The translations under genes and the position numbers were made by a program. The notes beneath the pieces were generated by a model, which saw only the letters and a program-made list of their open reading frames with translations, did no database searches and was not told the DNA's origin. Below, in pieces: positions 41,001-53,000 of a DNA stretch of 64,000 nucleotides. Each line of letters begins with the position of its first letter. Within the stretch, counting starts at the first letter, position 1. Source of the DNA: Phoronis australis (Eukaryota; Animalia; Phoronida); the NCBI GenBank assembly GCA_002633005.1, contig NMRA01000868.1, forward strand, positions 1 to 64,000. Reading direction: 5' to 3'.

Positions 41001-44000
41001 TAAGTGACGTATAGGTTGCGAAATTTCGGCGAGATTTGATGTGAACTTGGTCGACTAATTCACCTTGCCGAGGAAGGTTTCCAATTCTGAACAATGGGAA
41101 GGAAGTTCCATGCCATGGATCGCAGTGACCTTGTCGGGGTCTGGTTCGAGTCCCTTACAAAAATGAACTTAAGTTTTCAGCGAAAAACTTAAGTTCATTT
41201 TTGTAAGGTGTCCTTCGTCACTGATTATGTGGCTAAACTACCACTCTTTTTTGACAAGCACCTCAAGCTTGTCTTCAATAAAGGAGAATATCACCCCAAA
41301 ATAATTTATTTTGTATCAATTTAGATCGAGTAGTTCTACTTTATAACGGCACGTTTGGTTGCGTTACCTGACACCTGACGGCAGGTGGAGGTGTTGAAAT
41401 TATCCAATGACGTAATTGGTTTCTGCAGTTCACAACACGGTTAGTGGTGTCAGCTTATCTCTTGAATTCATCATTTAACACCAATAAGTCATCAAACGTC
41501 GATATAAAACCCTTAGAAATACACCGAGTTCTTAAAAACGTGTTGCTTTATTTCGCTGTTTCGGATTAACTGGTTATTGAGCACACCGTAGCCTACAAAG
41601 CTGGGCAGGCAAATTTACCAAGGTCCGCATCAGGATCGAGTTTGGGGTAAGTTCGGCGATAAATTCGAAGTATTCTTCCGTGAAATACAGACAGGGGAAC
41701 CTAGATCTGTGTTGTTTATACTTGTGACTTTTTGAGTTCTAAACACACAAAACACTTGTCATTCCGGCCAGTGGCTCGGAACCCGATCAGGCCCGTTGCG
41801 GTCAAACTGAATCCAAGACGGCTTTCTGTCGTTCACTAATTTTTCCAGACGTGATGGGTCCTGAGCGTGCGATAACATCTGGCTCTTTTGTCAACTGCCC
41901 AGCACAGTCTTTTGTCCCGTGTGACAACAAGCAGCCGAATGTTCTCCCAGGCTTCAAAGGGTTACTGAAACCTGGCAGAATAGATTGTCTTAAAGGAGCA
42001 TGCCGCCCAAAAAACAACCTAATTTGTATCAATTTAGATCGAGTAGTTATACACCACAACGACACGTACGGTTGCGTCACCTGACACCTGACGGCAGACG
42101 GAGGTGTTGAAATTATCCAATGACGTCATGTGTTTCACACGCAGTCTGTTCAGCAGTTCACAACACGGGTTACAGGTGTCAGCTTATCGCTTGAAGTCAT
42201 CGTTTAACACCAATAAATCATCAAACTTCGATGTAAAACCCTAAAAAATACACCGAAGTATTTTCCGTGAGATACAGACAGGAGAACCTAGATCTGTGTT
42301 GTTTAGACTAATGATTTTTTGAGTTCTAAACACAAAACGCTTGTTATCCTGGCCAGTGGCTCCGTCGGAGCCCGATCAGGCCCGTCGCGGCCGGCCGCAT
42401 TGACTTCATTGTTATCCCGTCCAGTGGCTCGGAAACTGATCATACGTTACGAACATAAACCAGCCAAAGTTCAGCGGAAACTCAACTTGGAGTCAAGAAA
42501 ATACTATACTAGTGAGCCAAAGTAATGTGCACGTGATTATGTTGTTGAATTAGCCACGAAACTACAAATCTACGTACTCGTCGGGGGCCGCGAATTCACT
42601 CGGGTTCCGCTTTGGCCACAGCACCGTCTGGGCAGAAGTTGTACATTGACAATCATTATTTGAGTAATGTAAACGTAAATAAAGATTCCCCTAACACCTA
42701 GCCGTGGGATTGTAATCGAGTTGTTTCACAAAAGTTTCTGCCAGCAAAGACTAAATTAGCATGAGCTCACACGGCCTCGGTGTCCTGTCAATTAGTTTTA
42801 TTGCACCTAAAGCCGGTAACGCAGTGATTTATTCATTGCTGGCTTCTCAATTCATTTGCACTCACGAACACTCCAAAGGCATTACAAATTGCATCTAATG
42901 AGATAGACTTTGTTTCAGTTGGTTAGGGTGAGAATAATTCATTTTGAAACAGAACGCTCAGTAATAAATGCCAACATGGCAACTCGCAATCCCGACTTAG
43001 GAAAAGCTAGAGCTCATCAGTGCCGACTTCGCAGGTGGATCGTTAAGTTTTACAGGCTATCAATTCGAACAGGAATGCAGTGATGAAGAAATACTAGAGA
43101 GGCGCCGTGAACAACCTCAGACAACGGAACATGGAGTTATTTGGTAAGCCGGCATTGGAGGCACTGTCGACGTCTGCAGGCCACAGACACGCAAATGTTT
43201 CACGGCCTCATACTTGCTATTTACAGCGTACATTTCATTCTTCACTACCATGAGCCACTTTCTAAGCATTTCGGACTCTCGAGGAAGTAAAAAAACGATA
43301 TATCCGCTTTCCTCGCAGCTGCTTAGTTCGGACAAGCGGGAACGATGCACCGCGACATAGCGGTATTCACTCTGCATATGAACCACTGACGTCGCTAGCG
43401 TCGTTTCTCACCTTCGTCACAGGTTAACGCGACACCTCTTGGCAAGGTAAGTTCGACCTTATGCGAGGCGATGGGGATGTAGACCGATTAAGTTGGCAAA
43501 AAAGACTGAGTTAAATCGAGTGGCATTATCCTTTATCTTCTGTTGTAGTTGGAGGTTTTGGTGACTCAAAAACTAAACATGGTCAGCATTTGACAAGGAT
43601 CCAGAAATGCTATTGGTTTATATTCAAATATGTTATAACTTGACTTTCATTTTTAGCAGCACAGCCCAGTCAAGCTGATGAGATCTGATCGGAGATTAGA
43701 GCAATTATCGAACAAAAGAGAGCCAGCCCTCCAACACTAAATGCCAGAGTGGAGTTAATCAGTCGTGTAAGATATTGGCTACACGGGTGATCTTCCCAAA
43801 TTGTTGTTGGGCTATAGAATCCAACAAATTGGGGAGCAACGGGAAAGCGCCATGTGACTCGGAACCCGATAAGGCCATTCGCGGCGGCCGGGATTGGCAC
43901 GAACATAAGCCAGTTTGAGTTGAAAATAAACCTCCAGTCACGAAAAGACTACGGTAATAGTGAGCCAAAGAAATAATGTGCACGTACTGATTGATGTGAA

Positions 44001-47000
44001 TTAGCCAGGAAACTGAAAATCTACTTTCTAGTTGGGGGCCGCGAAGTCGGGTTCCCCTTCCACAGACCGTCAGTAACATTGATTTGAATAATGTATTTGT
44101 ATCTATAAGTATATAAAATCGAGTATTTCACAACAGCTTTCTGTCAGCAAACAATGAATTAGTATGCGCTTACATGGCCTCCGTGCCCAGTCAATTACCT
44201 TTGTTTCCGGCAGCAATAGTCGGTAACGCATGGTTTTTTCATTGTTGGCTTCTCAAAACATTTGCACTCACGAGCACTCCAAGGCATTACAAATTGTATC
44301 TAATGAGAGACATTGTTTCAGTTTCCAAGCATTAGTTAGGACCATTTTAGGATGAGAATAATTCATTTCGAAACAGAACGCAGAAGTCTAAACGTCTGCA
44401 TGGCAACTCGCCCGGCTTAAATCCCGACTTAGTCAAGAGCTCATCCGACGAAGACTTCACGGGTCGGATCGTTAGGTTTCACAGATTATCAGTTCGAACC
44501 GGAATACACTGATCACGAAATTATAGAAAATTGCCGTGAACATGCATAGGCAACGGAACGTATGGATAGTTCTTTGGTAAGCCGGAATTTGTCAAAGAAA
44601 TCACTGTCGACCAAATGCCGGCCATAGACACGAAGATGTTTCACGGCCTCATACTTGGTATTAACAGCATACCTTTTATTCGTCACTACCGTGAGCCGCT
44701 TCCTAAGCATTTCGGGCTCTCGAGGAAGTCGAAAAAATGATACCTCCGCTTTTTTCGAAGCTTCATAGTTCGGCCAAGCGGGAACCGATGCAACGCAATG
44801 CAGCAGCATTCACTCTGCAGACGAACCACTGACGTCGCTGCGTCGATTCTCACCTTCCTCACACGTTAACGCGACACCTCTCGGCAAGGTGAGGTCGACC
44901 GTATAAGAGGCGATGTAGATAGAGACTGACAAGACGGTAAAAATAACTAATAAAATCGGGTGGCATTCTCGTTTAAGACAAATTCCTTACCCGCGGCAGC
45001 ACTTGAGAACAGCGTGCAGGCAGCGATCGTGCTCATCGCGAGTCTTTCTATAGACTAGAATTTCGTCGACATTTACATGAACCAAAACGCCATCCATGCC
45101 AAGTACGATGACTCATTTGACATCTTAATCGACTGGAACGAGCATCGAGCGCCGCTAAGAGACGGTAAGATGTCGCCCAGTGTTCCCATAGGTAATCTAG
45201 GCGGATTATGGATTTGTTGAGATCTGGCTGATCGAGGCACAGTTTTCTTCTCAGGAATAGCTAGTGAGTTTAACCATGCTGTCGGCTCAGTTACCTTAGC
45301 GATTGTGTCTAGTTTCGCCATACGAGCAAGTTCCTGCTTGAGGCGTTCACGTACAGTTGTAGTGCTTCTGGCAGTCGTCTGTGGGTTGTACCACTGGTCG
45401 AATGACCTGATCAATTTGTATCTTTGGAGGACACCGGTACCCTCAAAGACGTCGCTAAACTCAGAATTGACCACTTCGATGTCAAGTGACACGACTGAAT
45501 ATATGAATTTGAGCACTTCGAAATAGAGGCATGCACAGTGACTCAGTGTCCTTGGTAGTTTTCTTGGTTCCCACGGTCAGTAGAAGGCAGGATCCCATTG
45601 ACTAAAGGGGCGTATCACCTTATACTCGAAGGCTTGGCAACGGGGGATGAAGTTTGTTGACACCTAAGTTCTCAGAGACGCTTTTCGTCATAATGTTTAC
45701 GGATGACCCGAGATCAAGCTTGAAACGTATCTGCTAGTTTCTCGGTCCAACTCGGATGCATTACTTGAAGCATCATGTTCGTTCTGGGTCACATTGTGTA
45801 TACCCTTGGGATGTTAGCTGCTGTTGGGGGCACTCTGGCACACCTGTGCAAAGTGATTCCACTATTTGCACTTGACAAATTGTCTACCTTTGGGAGGGCA
45901 GGTACGTTTCTTGGGATGTGTACCCGCAGTTTTCATATGTGGGGCCATTTGTGGGTGCATTTGACGGACGCGAATTCGTTAATCGCGCACTGTTTGGTCG
46001 TGAGTTTGTCGGTGGTCGCGTGTTTGAGTTTTTACGCCCGTCATCATGGACGGCGGCAGATGAAGGCAGGAGCAGTTCTTGTGCCACAGATTCAGTTCTC
46101 TCATGTACCAAACCAATCTCCATGGCTTGATCTAGCGTGAGGTCACTTTCACGCAACAGGCTTTTTCTCACGGTGTCGTTTTTTGGTCCGGTAACGATGC
46201 GATCATGGATCATTTCATCTTTCAAAGGTCCAAACTCACATGAGTTTGCCAGGTTTTTAGTGTAGAAGCAATGTACATGTATGAAAATGGCTGCAAATAC
46301 CCATGGATGCTTGATGTTAAGTTCGTCGCCTTCTCACAACAATCAAAGGCAAAGATATGCCAAGCGAGTGGATAACGCAAATTTGTCAGGTTAACTATGA
46401 GTCAAACAGAAAGTTAACACCTTTCACAAAATTACGAGCATCTTGTCTAGATTACGAAAATGTTTGTAAAAGCCAGGCCTGTTTGCTTTGTTAAATCAAA
46501 TCCACATGCCAAAAATAGGCAAAATGGGATTTTTTTCAACTTGGGAATTCTGGATTTCGTTAGGCCAAAACAACTGTACCGCCTTGTCCCCAAGCCTCAA
46601 GGTGGGGCTGGTCGATTTAGTCATTTGAGGCTTGGCTATGGAAATGTGCTCCATGCCACTGCCTTGACGTCATTAAAAGCAAAGCAGGTTTTAATTATTT
46701 CCAATGGCGTTGTTGCTGCCTTATGTGAAACAGAAGGGTATTGTTTGAAATAAAGGTTGTTGGTGTACTTATTTTCAATTACTTTTTCTTAATCGTACCA
46801 TGTTTTCGAATAAATGTACATCGTTTGTGCAATAATTTGGACCTAAAATGTTGCAATATACCGTAAGTTCACATTTTATATTATACTGCAAAAAATCAAA
46901 GTTGGTATAACTTTTCAGGGTATGTCTCTCGTGATGTTACCACGATTTCCATATAAATGTGTCAGAATTGTGACACATTTCATTTCCCATAACCAAGCCT

Positions 47001-50000
47001 CAGGTGGCTAAACCAATCAGCGCCATCTTGAGGCTTGGGGACGAGGCTTAACAACATCAAAGAGCTTACGAATACAGTTATATTAACAACATAGAAGTGC
47101 ATTGAAACACGGGCTACTTCGTTATGGGTAGCTTCATTAACAAAGGCCTATACCGTGGCTTTAGGTAAGTATAGATCCTCGGCACACAGTACCTTATCAG
47201 GGACACACAAAGCCCAATAGGTGGAGGTCCAATGGCACTCATGCGTTGCTTCTGTTAGAGAAACTTACATTTAATTTAACAACTCGGTATATTCCATACA
47301 ATGAAAAGGGAGCACATGGAACCAAAAGCATAGTGAGGACAGAAAGAAGTAACAAATCCTTGATGTAAACCACAAACAATAACTACCGTGTGTGTCAATC
47401 ACACAGCAAATATATAACCATGCCAATGCTAAAAAAGTATTTCCCTTTACAATTACTTTGAGCGTTACTGAAAACCTTCGTTTTTCGAGATCAAAATTTC
47501 CTAAAATTTCTAAACATCTAAGACTAAATTTATGTGTCTATACAGATCTTAGATGGTATCGCCAAAATGTTCATTCTAATAGTTTGCCCACATAATAGTT
47601 AGTTGAAATAACATCTCTTGAAAAACAACAAGATTGCTTGATGAAGCCAGGAACATAACATCGTACATGTATTACTTCGGTCAGGTCCACATCACTCTCT
47701 TGTTCTTCTAGTGAGTCAAAGAAACATAGTATGGACACAGAGTTTGTCGTTTTCAGTCTCTGATTTAGGGTTGCAAGAGAGCCATGCCAGTCCCCCTAAG
47801 ATTTTCCCAGATTCCATTTAGCAGTTGGGGGGGCATGAATATCTGACGGCCAAAATCCTGCCTAATCTTCTACCCTGACCTCCCCCAAACCAAAATCCTG
47901 TTCTTTATTATTGCACTGCCCCAGTTGCAGGGCCATTTTATTTAAGCTCAAGCGTTCCACGACAGACATTGCCTACATAGAGTACTCAAAGCTTGAAGAC
48001 GACCAATTGCTCAGGGAAACGAGAACGCAGTTGTAGTATCCAGTGCTGTACATCAATTGTCACTTAGAGTTTAGATGATAAGAATATTGTGGAAGCAATT
48101 CATTCATTCATTTTTTCTTGAAAACTGGTCCCGAAAATGACTCTGGACATGGTGAGTGTAAATTAATAAACTTTCTTCTAGAAACACCATCTCAAAATGG
48201 GAAAATTAAAGCGGTTGACGTACTTTCAAGATTTTCGTGTACTTGTGCTGCTCAAGAGTTACATACTGAACAGAAACTAACCTGGATCTGATTTCATAAT
48301 CCAGGCCCCAGTAAAGCCACCGCATTTCGCCGAGGGGTTTCCGGGGCATGGCAAGCTACACCACCACCCAGGCATCGGCTGTGTTGCAAAGAAATTTGCT
48401 GAGCACCAACAATTGGTCATGCCCCACACGGCAGCAAACGGGTACTCCATTTTGCTGCACGCCTCCCGGCATTTCTGAGGCGTGTTGGTTTTGTCGTCCA
48501 CGTAAGCAGCACGTCCCAATGTTGCACTTTTTATAGATTCTCGAATTCCGTCAAAGCAGTTGGGTAGTTCTGTAGCAAGATAGTGTTGCAGTCATTTAGG
48601 AAATTACGAAAAGAGGCTGCGCAAAGCTGTCCACAAATAACTGATAACCGATTAGCGGCGACGTACGTAGTACATTTACGACAAAATGTTATTTTGCATG
48701 CATTGTGACAAAGGCTAGAATAATTTGAACATCATTGGAAGGAATTATGTCTTTTTTGGGGTAATCTTAAATAGTCTGTCTAGTTGGTTTTGGAAAGTCC
48801 TGTACGAGATGACTGAAATAGAATACTTTTCATAATGGCTACTCCATTTTATTTCAAAAACAGCCGTTCTTCATTCGTAGCAATCACAAAGTGTTTTTGC
48901 GGTGCTCACTTTTCAAAAACCTCTTAACTGAACCGTAGTTCTGTCGTCTTATAGCGGGTCCTTTTAAAAAAAATCTTGGTACGTGGATACATCATACGAA
49001 TATGCTGGACGACATGATTGCAGTTTCAATACAATTTAACGCTATCCGTTTTTCGTTAACTAATCAGCGATTACTGTTTTGGCGACTAATGCTATTACTA
49101 CACGCCTCTGTTACTTTAATTAAAATTTTGATGGGGAATTTGATGTGACGACTACGTTGCTGAAACTGATAACCATGCTGAAGATGACGACATCAACGTT
49201 TCTGGATCCCCAAACTTTGGCCAAAATTATAGATTTCGGGGAATTGAAAAATCATGAGTGATTTGCAAATTTCATGTTGATCCAACAAGAATTGGAGCCA
49301 GTGTAGAGCAAAAAAGAACACTCACTTCACAGCAAAGTAGTAAAAATGGTAAATTTCATTTTGCAAAGAACAGAAACATATTTTCTGACAAGACAAAGTG
49401 ATATACATCAGAGTAATTTGTCTCACAAACTAAAACAAGCACCATATTTAGATAAACTTAATGGAAATAAATTAAAAAATCAGACCGACACCACGAACAG
49501 CCACTCTGACAGATATGCACTTCCGGGCCGGCATCGGAGATGACGACACGAAAAAACTTTTCGAAAGCCGACGTTGACGTTGACCCTCGAGCTACATGAT
49601 GCAGACAAACGCACGTCCAAGATCAAAAGGCCGAGTGGTGTCGCATAAGAGGATTATTGCCTCAACACCAACAACGACAGACCCAGAAGTGACCCTACAC
49701 TCGATGCGAGAACGCCAGTTTTGCCCATGGCTACGGTTATTTCTCACAGAATCGGTGTAATAACATCATCTGAATATTACTGATAAAAGTCACAGTAAAA
49801 GTTGAACAAGAAGTATGGAGTTTTTGTTGATAGGGAAGATTAACATTGAAAATGAATGTATACCGATTGAGACGTGCAAACGACAACAAAAATGTCAACT
49901 TCGACACTACAGTTATAAAATTTGAATGCCTCAAAGTAACCGCACAAAAAACAACAGCCGTATTACAAAATACTAACTTACTGATTTTTATTAAAAATTC

Positions 50001-53000
50001 GTCCTGAGGCAGTTAATGTACATGTACGGCTCTGCAAAGTGGAATCCACGCACCATGTTATCTTAGATTTCAGCCAAAGCAAAACGGTTTTAGCCACTGA
50101 CAAAGCCCACACTATTTTGAGCACTTCATGGTCGTAGAATGAGTAATGTGACCTGTTGTTTGCAAACAAAAACAAGTGGCACAGCACCACACTTTCAAAT
50201 TTCATTTCTCTAAGTAATGAAAACGTTCTAGTGTAGAGACAATTTTCTAAACCTTACCAGGATAAATTGGCTCCATTAGGTATGACATTTTGAATCCACC
50301 GCAGCTTTGATGTTTACGTAATTGGCACTTGAAGTTACAACCAGACTTCCTTAAATTCCTTTCAAAGTGGAATTCTTCACGTGAATAGCAAGAACAGAGC
50401 GCTCCCACTCTTAATCCCGCCACGTGCTGCAATTGGAAACTGAAGCATCTGAGTATAAAATTGTTGTAAGTCTGTATATCAGTAGCTGGGTATGTATCTG
50501 TTTGGGTCTCTCTCTCTCTCTCTCTCTAGTCATACGTACAGTAGGCCTATCGTTGTGGTAGTTGCCATGTTCTGTTATGTTTATATTGTTCACGTTGATT
50601 TTATGTCACTATGTGGTCCCCTGTGCCATTTTATTTTAGATCTATCCACATGTATTCAGCAGTCTGTAGCACACCCTTGAGAACTAGAGCACTCTCAATA
50701 CGTGGGGATATTTTAATATATATTAGTACCGACGCTCATCATTTTAGTTTTACTAGTCTTACTATTTTAAATTTTCTAAAAAATATAGTTTGCATTTGAT
50801 AATCTTAATATTAATGCTATGAGCTTTAACTTGAAATCCCGTGTTGTTACTTATATTGGTTCCTAGATACTACGCTGTACACACGCATCTCGATGAACTT
50901 TTTGGTTTATCAGGAAGATGGCCGACCACTCCGCTCAACGAAAACCACGTAATTTCAACTCTAGTTTCATGTATATTTATCTCATTGATACCAGCATTCA
51001 AATTGTAGATCGATGATTTACAAGAGAGAAAATGAGACATATTGTCACCGAATTAAAATATCGTTTTTATTGAAATTATGCATCTTAATTTTCAAAGCGT
51101 ATAAATATCGGTAGCCTGCAATGCAGTTTGTTGAACTTGATTATTGCGCGTGCTCATTTAAGTATTCTATTTTCACGTAAGCTAACGTTAGCTGCTCAGA
51201 GGTTTAGTGGTATAGTCGACGACTGGAAATTCAAACCCTGCCTCGGTTACCCGCTGAAATGTTTTTCAACGGCGTTGAATGACAATAATTATGGGTTATT
51301 TAACGGTTGCATTGGCCATTCAAGGCTGATATTGTGGTTTCATGCTAGTTATTTTACAAGTCTCGAAGCATTTAGACTCGTGTGAAATGATGTGTATGAA
51401 GGTATGTTGGTACTAGATAGGTAGGTATGATGGTATGTATTTTGGTAATATCTTAACGTCTAGATACATGTATGATGCATTCGAATGTTTCTGAACACTT
51501 ATTTGTGTAAATTGTATTTTTCGTAAGAAACATAAAAACAGGATAAATCTCGAAATCCCTCGACCCCTCGATACCCACATTCCACGACCTCTTCGACCCA
51601 CAACCCCTCGACCCACAACGCTCTCGACCTTCAACCCCTTCGACCCACGGCCCACAACCCCCACGACCAAGTGTACACTGGACCTGAACATAGAACAAGC
51701 GGTGACTTGCAGTTCCAATAAGTCTGGCCGTAAGCTAGGATAGCTTTTCCCCCCTTTTTTGCAGTCAAGAGAATGGACAACAAAAATGAACAACGCGATC
51801 AAATAAGAAAAAGCATCATTTTAGATAGTATTTTGGTTGTGAAAAAAATCCTTTTGGGCTGCACTTTACGCGTACATCTTCTATAGGAGTGCCCTTTGGG
51901 CTCACAGGGCATGGATTTGACTACCCATTATCATTTTATTACTTTTGCATTACTATTACTAAATTAATACTATTAATCGTTATCGTTATTATTATCGTTA
52001 TCGTTGTTGTTCTTGTTGTTATTGCTGAATTTACTTCACGAGGACACCGGGCAATATAAACACTACATGTTTAGCAAAATTCTAATACAACATGGTCCTC
52101 AAAGATTTTATAATCGTCTCATTTATGGTTTTTACTGGGTTTCCAATAATGGACTGTCAGTGCTACACTGTATTTTGAAATTACTTTAAAGGGGTCCCTA
52201 AGTTCAGCCTTAACGACATTGTGAGAAATGTTTGACAGCTGTGATTGCAGAGCAGGCCTAATTTTTGGAAACAAGGAGGTTGAGATTTATAATCCTGTTT
52301 AAACGAAACCCAACTTTAAAAAGATGTATGAACTATCGGCAGGCATAACAAATATAAGTATATCCTTTTGTAATTCTCCTCGCAGACCTGAATCCGGGAC
52401 TGTATTTTTTAATTCCGACTTACATCTTAACGTGAAAGTACCAACAGTTTTATCTTTTTTCCTCTTGTTGAAAACATTCATTTTCCAAGAACTGGGACTG
52501 GTTCCATGATGATGTGTAAGTTTAAAAACTGGGTCAAGTTGAACTCTGGGGGGAAGACATTTTTCCTAGGACAGACGACAAGTCGGCTCTGGCTGCGGTC
52601 ACCGGGTCATCAGAAAAGCTGATAACACGCACCAATTTTTTGTGGAACGTGCCCCTATATACTGAGAAGAGTACGGTGATTTAACTGAGTGATTTGAGCT
52701 AGGTTTTATTGAAAGTGGGTTGTATCGGGCAAACACGGCCAGGGTCGAAGTCAGCCATGTTTAATATATATAGATTATTACATGGCGAAGTCGTTATCCC
52801 CCGTTATCTAGAGCCCGAGTGGATTTTGGAGAATTATCGCCCTCGGGGCTGACGCCCCTCGGGTGATAATTCTCCAAAATCCACGAGGGCTCTAGATAAG
52901 GGGGATAACGGCTGAGAACATGTAATAATCTATTTATACCACATACTAAACGAGAAACATTGCAATGAATCGATTTACCTTTTCTGACTCTCCACGGCTT

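Larger units (their letters stand above)
41282..44972. mobile_element. Kolobok-type DNA transposon (outer copy)
   Basis: Ends (ATAA)AGGAGAATATCACCC ... GGGTGGCATTCTCGT(TTAA); removing it rejoins the Gypsy RT (ICL-N-EDKLEV) at a TTAA site. Confidence 0.75.
39900..46260 (-). mobile_element. Degenerate Gypsy/Ty3 LTR retrotransposon internal region, interrupted by Kolobok elements
   Basis: gag (MIHDRIVTG...RKSLLRESDLTLDQA), protease (FKLDLGS), RT (KVTEPTAWLNSL, EHDRCL, PDPDKV), RNase H (CDASKYGL, VADTLSR), integrase (VVDYVSR..E, FAKHPIPE). LTRs not identified. Confidence 0.85.

Noticed and set aside
47095-47170. Plus-strand exon candidate ending in AG|GTAAGT
   Set aside because: Weak acceptor, no recognisable peptide, and no partner exons found for a nested plus-strand gene.
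51413-51802. 129-aa Gly/Arg/Val-rich ORF
   Set aside because: Translation of the CGACCC minisatellite.
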